In this document: one piece after another, positions 9,007 through 19,212 of the stretch
How the letters are laid out: each line of letters begins with the position of its first letter
Position numbering within the stretch: the stretch's first letter is position 1
Source of the DNA: Candidatus Micrarchaeota archaeon
GTDB lineage: Archaea; Micrarchaeota; Micrarchaeia; Micrarchaeales; CABMGC01
Assembly (NCBI GenBank): GCA_021817505.1
Contig: JAKAUU010000008.1
Location: forward strand, 1 to 52,380
Direction: 5' to 3'
Length of the DNA stretch: 52,380 bases
The notes under the pieces: generated by a model
The model's input: the letters and a program-made list of their open reading frames with translations, nothing else
Databases searched by the model: none
Told to the model about the DNA's origin: nothing
Translations under genes and position numbers: made by a program

Positions 9007-12000
9007 CTATGCTCCCTTCCTCTTTGGCAGCTTCTTCTTTGCACCTGTCTTCCTTGTTGCAAAAAGCAGCAGTCCCATTATTACTGCCCCTAACATTATG
9101 TAAATGTATCCTATGTTTCCGTAGGAGAGCAGTACGGCTCCGATCAATACATTCTGCTGGGTGCTTGTAGGCGCCCACGAGTAATCAGTTACGTAGAAGT
9201 TATCATTTGTTCCGCCATAACTGACGTTATATGCATACGCTATAGGAGACTGCTTTGCGGGCAGCGGTTCGGGAGTCAGTGATGACAATGATGAAGTGGT
9301 AGGCAGTTTTGTGAGCGAGCTGGACACTGATGGGGCACCGTAGAATACCGCCTGTATGTTCGCCTCGCCATTGCCGCATGAGGTTATCGTCTTTGAGAAC
9401 TGCCCATTCGCGTTTGTGGTTGCCGTTCCTATAAGCCCAAGCTGCGATGTGCATAGGCCCGTTCCGTTATAGAAGACTGGGTAGCACCACTGTATATGCC
9501 CGCCTAAGGAAGGAGTGCACGTGGTTGGCATTTTGTCTGCCCCATATATGTTGCAGCTGTATGTCACCGGCTGCAGCAAGCTGTTCGGAGCAGCAAGGCA
9601 CGATCCTGAAGAGCCTGTGGATGCCTGATATGTTGCAAGGTATGCGTTTGGATTTGGAGTTGTTCCTCCATAGAGCCAGCCCGGTTTTGCAAGCTGGCAG
9701 TTTCCTGGAACGTTGGCTCCGAAACCAAAGGCACAAAGCTGCACATTTGCAGGATCCGTGTAAGGGTTGTAATTCTGGAAGCCCAGATTCGTGTCGTAAT
9801 AGAGATATACTGTCCCTCCCCGCATAGGGATTGCATTGGTGCTGAACGGAGGAGTATAATTAAGGCTTCCGCTTATCGTAAGGGTCGTCTGGTTTGAATT
9901 GCTTGAATCTACTGAAGGAGTGAGCGTCAGGCCTACCTGCGTTTGATTTGCGATATCCAGATCCATAGGTATGTATATGTTATTGTCAAACCTGTCGTTT
10001 AGCACCAGCACTATCCTATGGTATCCGTAAGGATCGGTAAGCAGTCCTGGAGCCCCTATCCCGTTGCCGGTGAAGTTCAGGAAGGTGTAATTAGAATAGA
10101 CCATATCCTGATAGAAATTGAACAGTGTTACTGCGTTGGGGAAGGTGTTTGACGCTTCATATGTGAAGACGTTCGGCACATTCTTGCCGGAAGCGGAGAG
10201 CAAAGACGATGCGGCTGAACCTAGTGATATGGATGTCATGCATACTGTACCTACGCAAGGAAGTATTGCAGATAATCCAGGAACAGAGGATCCCGGGACA
10301 GTGGCAATTGCTTCGTAGTAAGGGTCCAGGTTTAATCCTCCCTGCGTGTTGTGCTGTATGCCGTATGCAATGGTACGTATCGCATTCGTTGTGATCTGCT
10401 TGTTTGTCTGGAATCCGATGGAGTAGTTGGCATAAACCGTGCCGAAGATCCTGTTTGAGAATATGTTCAGCAGCAGGTCTTTTGGAACTATTGTTGCGTT
10501 GAGCGCCTGCTGGTAGAATGTCCCATTAAGTATATACTGTGCATATGATAGGCCGCCCTCTATAGGCGCTGTGAGCGCAGGGGAGGTGACTGGAGCGCTA
10601 TGGGCCCCTGTGGAGAAGAGTGTTGTTAATGTTGTCCAGGTCCTGCTTATGTCAAATGGAGGCAGTGTCGCAGGCTTTGTAAAGCACCAGTATACGGTTG
10701 CAGTTGGAAGCACCTGCGGATCGTTAGGTGACTGTTGGATCTGCTGCTGAGTCTGGAATGTAGCTTCGTAAGGGACAACGGAGTAGCCTGACAGGAAGCT
10801 CTGCAGCTTTGTCTGCTCGCCTGCCGCCACCTGGCTCGGGGATATCGCTGCTGGAGGAGATGTTGCGGTTGTTCCCTGGTTTATTATGCTCCCGAGCTCA
10901 CTCTCGTATTTTGACTGGGTAGCGCTATAGCTCGAGGTTTGCTGTGACGTTCCTCCCGTGCCTGAGAATGTAGATGATAGGTATTCAGCATATGTTAAGG
11001 TCTTGAGCGAACCTATATTCTCAGTATAATTGAATGGGCTTGAAAGCAGGAGTATCGGGCTCTCGAAAGAGTTGATGTTATTGTCCTTTATGCAGAGGTT
11101 CGGATTTGTAACTCCTGATGGCAGAGTTAATGCATGGTGTGTATTTACGTCCATGTAGCATACGGACTGGTTTAGTATAGGAGGTCCTTTCTGGCTTAGG
11201 AACTGCGTGTAGTTTTCAAGGTTGAACTGCGTGAATATAAGCTCGCCGTATTTGTTAGCGGTTACCTGGCCAGAGTTCAAGTTCTGCGGAGATATGAATA
11301 GAATTCCGACAGTATTGTTAAAACTTATTGAGAGGCCCAAACCTGATAATGGCTCAAACCCGCAGCCATATGCGCCAAGGTTAGGGTCTATGGTTACGAG
11401 AAGTGCATTGTTGCAGGTCATTCCGCTGATTGCAGGTCCGAGAGGCCAGTAGTTGCTGTTTTTTGAGTATGAACTTGGGATAGCGGCGCACGTATTGCTG
11501 TTGCTCCACGAGTCAAGTCCGCAAAGGTTAATTATGGTAGATGAGCTACTGGTGCCATCCGACAAGCTGCCGGCAACCATCCAGCCGAATGGAGGGTATA
11601 ATCCACCGCTCTGGTTTCCAGTATAGTGCTGGTATGTTGGCAGGTTAGTCTTGGAATTGGTGCCTGACTGATACCATATGTCATTATATCTTGTCGGATT
11701 TATCGGCACGTCCTCTCCTGTCGAGTTTATCACGCGGAGCATAAGCGTATCGAAGTTTGCAGTATTCGACTTCCAGCAAGGGTTGAATAGCCATAAGTGC
11801 AACTGGAAATTGCAGGTGCCCCCTATTCCGCCATACCAGTTATCAAGAACGTAGAGGTAGCCGTTTACATCCTGTATAGCTACGGGATGGTGATAGTTGG
11901 GCGTGTCAAGCTGCGATATACCTGCACTCTTGAATTTGTTTATGATGCTTGCAACTCCATTATTATTAGTGGTATTTAATCCATAGAAGCCTCCGTTAGC

Positions 12001-15000
12001 TATGAATTCAGTTATGTTTACATTAGGAATATTGTTGTTCTTGGAGGAGCTGCTGGAAGCCGATGAAACTACAGTCTGCCCTCCCTGATAGGTTATGCCA
12101 AGAGGTGCAACGTCTGAAGAATAGACTAGATTGTAAGTGTTGAGGTATTTTAGCGTCTCCCCTGAGAATACGTATATATTGCTGCTCTTCTGGCTCGCTA
12201 TAAATACCAGCTTTCCATCAGGGGACACTGTTATTTCAGTAGGATTGATCGGCTTTCCATTATTATCCTCAGGTACCTGCCCGTTCGCAAGTGTGAGTAT
12301 TGTGCCTGTTATGACCGGATTTCCGCTCTCCGCCCCGGTTATCTTTATAAGCCATGGTGAATTGCCCGCACATACGTCCATCACCCCCACTATGTAGATG
12401 TTGCCTTCAGAGTCTGCAGAGATGTTCATTGGGGAGAAGCCGCTGCCTTTTATCCAGCAGCTTGCATACGAGAACCATGTTTTTGCTGCTATGCAACTGC
12501 CGATATTTCCGCTGCAGCCTATTGGATCGAATATGCACTGTGTGGCCAGGCCGGATACAGAGCAGCCTGCTTGGGATAAGCCTGAAGATACCTGCGAATT
12601 GTAAGTGCTTTTTGCAGAGCTCAGCTGAGAAGCTATTATCGCAGGGGTCAAAGGTATCTGCTGTATCACATATGTGTTCGCGCTCTGCAGCTTTATCAGG
12701 CTGGTCCAGTAGGTCTTCCAGTCGGAATTCCAGACATTCTGGCACGATACGCTTCCGGAGCATACGCTTGATGCAGGCTTTGTGGAAGAAAGCAGTGCAG
12801 TATCCTGGGTAGTCACTGTATCTACTACATTAGGTATCGTGTTTGGGGGAAGTATCGTATTGTTATAGTAACCCGTATTCATTACGCGCATTATGTATAT
12901 GCTGTTTGTGGCACCCGCATAATTGTTTACGCTGGGTTGCTGCGGATTAATCGATTGCCCTGTAATCTTCTGGGCCCATGATACTAGTGAAGAAGCTGCG
13001 GAGGACGCACTTCCTGTTGAAGAGATCTCGCCGCTTATTATCGAATATGGAGTGGATCCTGAAGAGGACGCCTGTACGGATTGCACTACTCCGAAATTCA
13101 ACAGATCAGACTCTGCCACTGAGTTTGTTGTGTAATAGCTCAACGGCTCGTTGTTTTTCAGACCGTACATTAGTGCATTGAAGGTTGCAAGAGTTGCCCC
13201 GTTTGCACTTGCAGAGAGCTTAAATGCATCGGAAGTGGCAGTCTCTCCCTGGCTTTGCGAAGAATACTCAGGTGTGCCATCAGGAGCAGTGCATGGAGAT
13301 GACGGTATCTTTACATTTACCTTTAGACCTCCGTTAGAACCGCTGCCCTGAATCGACGCTATGCCTAGTGGATTGTTGTATATAAAATCGGATCCGGTGC
13401 TTCCATATGACTGCGCTATGGCTGCAAGCAAGGCTTCATTGTTAGTGGTGTCCTGCACGCCCATGTCTGATAGTGCACTCCGTATGAAATTCTCAAGGCT
13501 GCTGCTTTGGGAGGGCTGTGTTATCGTACATGACGAAGAGGTAGTTTGTACTTTTGGAGGTTTTATCGTATTTGAAAGCACGAAGATATAATCGTTCGGA
13601 GTTGATGCTATGGACAAAGGATTCTTCATTATGACCATTGCGTTTGGAGTGTCTGAGCCTGCAGTAGCCAATTGCTGGGCAGATGCCCCGTAGCCGTATA
13701 GTTTCGGCTCGCCCAGAGCAGGATATTCTATAGGCTCTGTCTGCATCGTGTTTACAATCATGTTAGGCATCGCATATGCTGAAAGGAAGGTTTTGCTGTT
13801 AAGCGTGCTGCTAAATGAGAAGAAACATCCGATAGACCCGAAGAACCCGGTATTCCCTGAATTACAGTTTTGCTGATATTTGTTAGTGTTGTAGGAGGCC
13901 ATGAAGATCTGAGGCGTGCTTATGTTTATTGGTATCTCGCTTGTTTTGGGGTTGTTATAGTTATATGGACTGTATGCGGCATATGAAAGCTGGTCAAGTG
14001 TATAGATATTATTGCCAAGAGACGGGTTCAGAACCTTGAAATTGTATAGTATGTATGGCAGGAAGTTTGTATTGAAAGTTGCGTTCTTTCCAGGAGTCTT
14101 CGAATTGGCAGGAGGTGCAGTCTGGTAGACGTATGGTATCTGCGTATTCTGTATACTCTGCAATGTTGTAGATATCGTATATTTGTAAGTATAAGTGCAT
14201 GCAACAGGATATACCTCAAATGGAGGGGTGTAACCTATCCCAGGGGCAATATATGGGATATAACCTGAGGCAAGGCAGCTGCCTCCTATACTCGGTACAG
14301 GAACTCCTCCAAGTACGCAGGTGCTTTTTGTTATAGCAGGTGCACTGGCAAAGTCGGCATACGCTGCGACCCAGGACCATAGGCCATGCTGCGGATTTGA
14401 TGGCACTCCAGAGAATATGTTTGTGTTTGAATCATAAGCAGTAGATATTGCACCGGATTGAAGCTGTGGGGAGTATGCGACATCCTTGAGAACCATTTTT
14501 GCAGTATTTTCAGTGGATATGTTTGAATAACCGTGTGCAAGATCGAATAGTGAAAATGAATAATGCTGCGTGTATACGAGATCCGATGGCAGAGCTGCTG
14601 CAGCTGAACCTAGTGAGTATGCCTGGCAGACATCACCTGCTACGAACGGTTCTGCACCTGATACGAAGTAAATATCAGTTGTTGGGTTTGTCGGAGGGGT
14701 TTGAGGGCAGGTCTCCATCCACGCTGCATTCTTCTGATTATACGCAGCTACCTGCGCAGCTGGAGACACATATGGATTCCCTATATAGGGCAATGAGGTG
14801 TGCAGATTGCCTGTGTTGGTCAGGGTTGTTGAGAGTGAAGAGGTGTATGTAGTAAGAAAAGGGCAGTAATAAGAAATAGTAAACGCACCTCCCGTGCCTG
14901 TGGCGCCTCCGCTTATGTGTATAATTGGAGTATACTCGCAGACAGTAGTTGCGGCTGTGCTTAATGCACCGCCATTTCCAGAAGATGCATAAGCAACATT

Positions 15001-15063
15001 GAGGATTAATGAGCATAATAAGAACATTATTGTTCCGAGGGATAATAGCTTCCTCTTATGCAT
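9007..15063 (-). CDS. Very large (2018 aa) secreted, C-terminally membrane-anchored surface protein
   Basis: Signal peptide MHKRKLLSLGTIMFLLCSLILNVAYA. S/T/N/G/Y/C-rich, with beta-propeller-like blades and many N-x-S/T sequons. C-terminal TM followed by a basic tail (RKTGAKKKLPKRKGA). Confidence 0.85.
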   Translation of the reverse strand: MHKRKLLSLGTIMFLLCSLILNVAYASSGNGGALSTAATTVCEYTPIIHISGGATGTGGAFTISYYCPFLTTYTSSLSTTLTNTGNLHTSLPYIGNPYVSPAAQVAAYNQKNAAWMETCPQTPPTNPTTDIYFVSGAEPFVAGDVCQAYSLGSAAAALPSDLVYTQHYSFSLFDLAHGYSNISTENTAKMVLKDVAYSPQLQSGAISTAYDSNTNIFSGVPSNPQHGLWSWVAAYADFASAPAITKSTCVLGGVPVPSIGGSCLASGYIPYIAPGIGYTPPFEVYPVACTYTYKYTISTTLQSIQNTQIPYVYQTAPPANSKTPGKNATFNTNFLPYILYNFKVLNPSLGNNIYTLDQLSYAAYSPYNYNNPKTSEIPINISTPQIFMASYNTNKYQQNCNSGNTGFFGSIGCFFSFSSTLNSKTFLSAYAMPNMIVNTMQTEPIEYPALGEPKLYGYGASAQQLATAGSDTPNAMVIMKNPLSIASTPNDYIFVLSNTIKPPKVQTTSSSCTITQPSQSSSLENFIRSALSDMGVQDTTNNEALLAAIAQSYGSTGSDFIYNNPLGIASIQGSGSNGGLKVNVKIPSSPCTAPDGTPEYSSQSQGETATSDAFKLSASANGATLATFNALMYGLKNNEPLSYYTTNSVAESDLLNFGVVQSVQASSSGSTPYSIISGEISSTGSASSAASSLVSWAQKITGQSINPQQPSVNNYAGATNSIYIMRVMNTGYYNNTILPPNTIPNVVDTVTTQDTALLSSTKPASSVCSGSVSCQNVWNSDWKTYWTSLIKLQSANTYVIQQIPLTPAIIASQLSSAKSTYNSQVSSGLSQAGCSVSGLATQCIFDPIGCSGNIGSCIAAKTWFSYASCWIKGSGFSPMNISADSEGNIYIVGVMDVCAGNSPWLIKITGAESGNPVITGTILTLANGQVPEDNNGKPINPTEITVSPDGKLVFIASQKSSNIYVFSGETLKYLNTYNLVYSSDVAPLGITYQGGQTVVSSASSSSSKNNNIPNVNITEFIANGGFYGLNTTNNNGVASIINKFKSAGISQLDTPNYHHPVAIQDVNGYLYVLDNWYGGIGGTCNFQLHLWLFNPCWKSNTANFDTLMLRVINSTGEDVPINPTRYNDIWYQSGTNSKTNLPTYQHYTGNQSGGLYPPFGWMVAGSLSDGTSSSSTIINLCGLDSWSNSNTCAAIPSSYSKNSNYWPLGPAISGMTCNNALLVTIDPNLGAYGCGFEPLSGLGLSISFNNTVGILFISPQNLNSGQVTANKYGELIFTQFNLENYTQFLSQKGPPILNQSVCYMDVNTHHALTLPSGVTNPNLCIKDNNINSFESPILLLSSPFNYTENIGSLKTLTYAEYLSSTFSGTGGTSQQTSSYSATQSKYESELGSIINQGTTATSPPAAISPSQVAAGEQTKLQSFLSGYSVVPYEATFQTQQQIQQSPNDPQVLPTATVYWCFTKPATLPPFDISRTWTTLTTLFSTGAHSAPVTSPALTAPIEGGLSYAQYILNGTFYQQALNATIVPKDLLLNIFSNRIFGTVYANYSIGFQTNKQITTNAIRTIAYGIQHNTQGGLNLDPYYEAIATVPGSSVPGLSAILPCVGTVCMTSISLGSAASSLLSASGKNVPNVFTYEASNTFPNAVTLFNFYQDMVYSNYTFLNFTGNGIGAPGLLTDPYGYHRIVLVLNDRFDNNIYIPMDLDIANQTQVGLTLTPSVDSSNSNQTTLTISGSLNYTPPFSTNAIPMRGGTVYLYYDTNLGFQNYNPYTDPANVQLCAFGFGANVPGNCQLAKPGWLYGGTTPNPNAYLATYQASTGSSGSCLAAPNSLLQPVTYSCNIYGADKMPTTCTPSLGGHIQWCYPVFYNGTGLCTSQLGLIGTATTNANGQFSKTITSCGNGEANIQAVFYGAPSVSSSLTKLPTTSSLSSLTPEPLPAKQSPIAYAYNVSYGGTNDNFYVTDYSWAPTSTQQNVLIGAVLLSYGNIGYIYIMLGAVIMGLLLFATRKTGAKKKLPKRKGA

Positions 15064-15248
15064 CGTATCAACGGCGATTTTATTATTGGCTATATATATT
15101 TATAATGATGCACTTGGCTACTTTCAGGCTTATTTATACCCTGTTTTTAGCATAATGGTTAATGCAACTGGATAATCAACGAAATCAGAGTTTTTCAGCC
15201 TATGCATATGATTTTAAGATTTAATGTATTACTTTTAGTGTTGATAAA

Positions 15249-15635
15249 ATGGCAAAGAATGCAAGAAGTAAGATGGAAAAGCCTGGAAATGCGGCTGCAT
15301 ACTGGCTTCAGCTGATAGGAAGCCTCATCTTCCTAGGTTTGATCTTTTGGGGCGGGATTGGAACACAGTATAATGTGTCATCCTGGAATGCCCTCGGGGG
15401 AGGTCTTTGGCTACCCATATTGTTCTCTTTCGGAGTAGTGGCGTCGATAGCATTGTTCTTCGTGAGCATAGCGAATTTGGCCAGCCCGGGAGGCATATAT
15501 AGATATGGCGGGATGCAGCTTGCATCCGTTGCAGGGATATGCATTGCAGCCATGACATACGGCTCATCAGGCTATTTCTGGGCAGCGATAGCAGGGTTCG
15601 TAGTTTCAGTAATAGGAGGCATCTTCACCAGATAG
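15249..15635 (+). CDS. Hypothetical 4-TM membrane protein
   Basis: ATG start, about four hydrophobic segments, fills the intergenic gap and is followed by a T-tract. Confidence 0.7.
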   Translation: MAKNARSKMEKPGNAAAYWLQLIGSLIFLGLIFWGGIGTQYNVSSWNALGGGLWLPILFSFGVVASIALFFVSIANLASPGGIYRYGGMQLASVAGICIAAMTYGSSGYFWAAIAGFVVSVIGGIFTR

Positions 15636-15652
15636 CCTTCCTTCTGCCTTAA

Positions 15653-15675
15653 TTTCTTTTCTTTTTTCCTTTTTT
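15653..15675 (+). terminator. Oligo-T archaeal terminator candidate
   Basis: Long T/C tract (tttcttttcttttttccttttttt-like) just after the 15635 stop, between convergent genes. Confidence 0.5.
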
Positions 15676-15726
15676 AGCCTCTTATTTGTCCGTAGCATTA
15701 GCGTTTGCCGGCCACTCTGCGCTGCC

Positions 15727-18540
15727 TCATTTAACTGCAGAATTATTTATTGAATTGGATGCGCTTGCATTTTTGCTTGTAATCGTATTTGCCTGGCTTG
15801 AAATTATGCTGTTTGAAGACGATGCATTTATGGTAGAGGATTTTACAGTCGTGTTTGCCGATGTTTTTATCGATGCCGTTCCTGTTGGAACCGTGCCTGT
15901 TACGTTGTAGAGTATCTTGAAGATCTTCGTGTCTGGATTGGCATATATGAGCTGCATCGCGGTATCGTTGTTGTTCCATGCACATTCAGAGCTTGAGCAC
16001 ATGAACAGAAACTTTGCCATGTTGGTGTTTGCAAGATAGCTGCTAAGGATATATGCGCCCGTTATGTTGACTGGGAAGCCTGGCCTTGGAACCATCGAAT
16101 ACATTATTACAAGCATGTTTCCACTGGTCTGGTTGAAGTAAGTCGGTTTTATTATCGTAAAGTTAGCGGTATCCTGATTGTAGAAGTCGACGGTCGTGAA
16201 TGGGGAGATCTGCTCCTGGCCGGTATTAAGCGTATTGTAAAGTATGTATGCTTTCAGATCGGCTGCGGAATTGTTCCTTGGAAGCGACGCCACGACAGTG
16301 ATGCCCTGAGGGTTGGAGAGTTTGAATAGTTCCGTTGTAGAATTAATATTCTCGCTGAACTCGTTAAGCAGTATGGAACCGTATAATGATGCATTATTGG
16401 TAAGATTGGATTCTGTGTATATGCCCTGAGTCTCTATCATCCAGGTGTATCTCGCTATGAGATAATTGGGTTTTCCGTTTATTGGGCTTGCAAGGAACTG
16501 CGGATCTGAGCTTGAATTGAATAGCCATGCTGCAAAAGGATCCGCTTTGCTCCCGTTCTGGGAACCTACGCTATCGGTGACACTTGTCCTGTTTGCCCAT
16601 CCCTCAACTACGCTCCCATCAGGCCATAATGTGAGTACTACGCTGTTTGCAGGGGAGTTGTTCTTGAACCAGGTCATCGCGCTCAGGAATTGCGGGTTTA
16701 TGTTGTCTGCCTGGGAAAGGCTGTTTGCGTATATCCCATCAGAGTACAGCAGCGCTATTATGAATATCAATACCATGATTGCGGCAACGGCAAGAACCAG
16801 ATATTTTGTATTGGCAGTGTGCTTTTCTCCTTTGCCGAAAGAATAGTACACGTAAATTATTGGGAGCAGCACCGCGAGTATGCCGAATACTGCTATGTCT
16901 GCTGCATAACCTACATTAGATACTGAATTAGTAACTGCCTGGTAGTTCGAGCCGTATATTACAGGCGCAAGCATTGAACCGGATGCATACTGGAACGAGC
17001 TCATGATTGTAGAGCTGAATAGCGATAGCAGAAGTGCCACTGCCAGAATTAACTCCGCTGAAAATACAAAATACTTCATGTTTTCCTTAGATGCGCCTTT
17101 TATCGCAGATATGAGCCAGTATATGGTATAAGCCGAGAATAATGCAAGAGGTATGGATACGAGAGAATTGAATCGTATCGCATTTATCTGCAGATAGGCA
17201 GTTACCGAGAAGTATGCTATCATTATTAGCATGCCTACGTTGAGCCCGAAGGCCACCTTTGCCTTCCCTTTAAGGAAGCCGTTTGAATCAAATACCTGCA
17301 TGAACAGATACGGAATCATCAAGAGTGCGGCCACAACCCATATCAACGCCTTCGACACTGCGGTCCCGGCGCCCAGATACATTATTATCGACATAGGGTT
17401 TATGAAAAGGGTGTTCCCAAAACTTGCGTAGAGGAATGCGGCAGTAGGAGGCTGAAGCTCCTGGATAGTTGCTGCGAAGTTGCTCGTTATTATAAAGCCG
17501 TTTCCAACGAATATCTGATATACGAACTGACTGTCTACTGCGAATATGCAAGCGACTCCTATTAACAATACGAGCAACGCCACTATGAATCTTGTAATTG
17601 ATGAGTCCATGAATGATTTGTAATTGTTCCTGTTCTCCATCAGATATTTGGCGATCAGCCAGCTTACTACCGAGAGTGCAAGCAGGGAGAGCATGTTTAC
17701 TCCTGTGAAGGTCTGCTTCACGAAGAATCCTGCAAAAATATATGCGTTTACAAGAACATACCATAAAGCTAGAGCAGCTACTAAATACTTCGAATCCTCA
17801 AGCAGATCCCTCTTGTCAAGGACGAAGGATGCGAATATGACAATAGCTATCATTACCATATATACGGCAGTTGCAAAAGGGGCCCCGTTCCATACGTAAT
17901 TGCAGAGGCTTAGGAAGACTGCAGACAGTATTGCGTAAAATGCCTTTTTCTTGTCGAATTCCAATTTGTGTATCTTGTGCCTGTGCTTCTCTTCGGATTC
18001 GCTCTTCAATAGCATGCCTGCAAATACTAGGGCCAGTATCAGGAAGATCGTTACGAAGCCGTCTCCTCGGTATATGAGCGCACTGGTCCTTGCGGCATCG
18101 CCCATGCTAAGGGCCACGAAGAGCATTGACAGTATGCCGAATAGCTTGTCCTTTGTAACGAGCCTTGCAAGCAGGTAAGCACCTAGCACGTCAAATATTG
18201 CAAAGAGCAGCGGCACCAGGCGCATCACAGTGTAATAGCTCACGCCGAAGAACTGAAGGAAGAAGTATGGGAACAGGGTCACCATATAGAGCCCGTTCGG
18301 CTCCAGGACCACTGTCGGATGCGGATATCCTGATATATGCAGGTATTTCGGTATCTGGAAGTTGTTATTTACTGCTGCCCTTATTACGGAAAAGTGGTAG
18401 AAGCCGTCAGGTTCGTAAAAGCCCTGATAGCTGAGCATCGTGTTTCTGAATATTATTGTCAGATAGATTATAACCAGGGTTACTGCAATCAGAATAATGA
18501 GCTGTACCCATCTTGAATCTAGAAAATCTTTCAATCCCAT
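15727..18540 (-). CDS. aglB: Oligosaccharyltransferase STT3/AglB family with atypical catalytic motif
   Basis: N-terminal EPDGFYH (E-x-D), YRGD, TIQE (TIxE), many TM helices, then W..AM.W.K.N.P.NSVVLT-LWPDG...ANR..VTD at the WWDYG position. Confidence 0.85.
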   Translation of the reverse strand: MGLKDFLDSRWVQLIILIAVTLVIIYLTIIFRNTMLSYQGFYEPDGFYHFSVIRAAVNNNFQIPKYLHISGYPHPTVVLEPNGLYMVTLFPYFFLQFFGVSYYTVMRLVPLLFAIFDVLGAYLLARLVTKDKLFGILSMLFVALSMGDAARTSALIYRGDGFVTIFLILALVFAGMLLKSESEEKHRHKIHKLEFDKKKAFYAILSAVFLSLCNYVWNGAPFATAVYMVMIAIVIFASFVLDKRDLLEDSKYLVAALALWYVLVNAYIFAGFFVKQTFTGVNMLSLLALSVVSWLIAKYLMENRNNYKSFMDSSITRFIVALLVLLIGVACIFAVDSQFVYQIFVGNGFIITSNFAATIQELQPPTAAFLYASFGNTLFINPMSIIMYLGAGTAVSKALIWVVAALLMIPYLFMQVFDSNGFLKGKAKVAFGLNVGMLIMIAYFSVTAYLQINAIRFNSLVSIPLALFSAYTIYWLISAIKGASKENMKYFVFSAELILAVALLLSLFSSTIMSSFQYASGSMLAPVIYGSNYQAVTNSVSNVGYAADIAVFGILAVLLPIIYVYYSFGKGEKHTANTKYLVLAVAAIMVLIFIIALLYSDGIYANSLSQADNINPQFLSAMTWFKNNSPANSVVLTLWPDGSVVEGWANRTSVTDSVGSQNGSKADPFAAWLFNSSSDPQFLASPINGKPNYLIARYTWMIETQGIYTESNLTNNASLYGSILLNEFSENINSTTELFKLSNPQGITVVASLPRNNSAADLKAYILYNTLNTGQEQISPFTTVDFYNQDTANFTIIKPTYFNQTSGNMLVIMYSMVPRPGFPVNITGAYILSSYLANTNMAKFLFMCSSSECAWNNNDTAMQLIYANPDTKIFKILYNVTGTVPTGTASIKTSANTTVKSSTINASSSNSIISSQANTITSKNASASNSINNSAVK

Positions 18541-18617
18541 GATCTGTTCCCTATGGCCGTATAGACGTAGTTTAAGTTAATAATTTAAAATTACAGAAAT
18601 GATATTGTGTGTAAACA

Positions 18618-19211
18618 TTAAATAGGTTTATGCCGTTTTTCGTTTTCGGGTTTTCTGGCAAATACAAGATATGCAGTATGCCAAAGCCCCTTTGTAGAGG
18701 GACGCATCCCCTCCTTTCTCACCAGCATCTCCCTGACTATTACCTCCACGGTATGTATGTCGGAAAAATGCAGCTTCTCAAGTTTTGAGGCAAACCTCTG
18801 AACCTGCTCCATGTGCGGCAGATATCCCACCACCGTGCCGTTTTCCGCAAGGGCCTTCTTCGCGTTGGAGAGCGCCTTCTCAGAAGACGGCAGATCCAGC
18901 ACGACCAGGTCAAGGTTTCGCTCGTTTATCTTCTGGAAGACATCCTGGTTCCTGAACTCTATGTTCGTTAGCCCGAGAGAGTCTGCATTCCTCTGCGCTA
19001 TAGCTATGAACTCTGTCCTCAGGTCGTAGCTGTAGACCTTTTTGCATATTCTTGCAAGCGATACTGCAAGCCAGCCGCTGCCTGTGCCTGCATCCATGCA
19101 TACGCTCTCCTTGCTTACCCCCGAGTATGCGAGTATGATGCCTATGTCTTTAGGCAGCATCACCTGTGGACCGCGCTTGAGTTTCCTGTAGATCTTAGGA
19201 TATATGAACAT
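18618..19211 (-). CDS. trmI: tRNA (adenine-57/58-N1)-methyltransferase, catalytic domain only
   Basis: KRGPQVMLPKD, DAGTGSG, VLDLP, MRPS...HTAYLVFARK. Confidence 0.88.
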   Translation of the reverse strand: MFIYPKIYRKLKRGPQVMLPKDIGIILAYSGVSKESVCMDAGTGSGWLAVSLARICKKVYSYDLRTEFIAIAQRNADSLGLTNIEFRNQDVFQKINERNLDLVVLDLPSSEKALSNAKKALAENGTVVGYLPHMEQVQRFASKLEKLHFSDIHTVEVIVREMLVRKEGMRPSTKGLWHTAYLVFARKPENEKRHKPI

Positions 19212-19212
19212 G

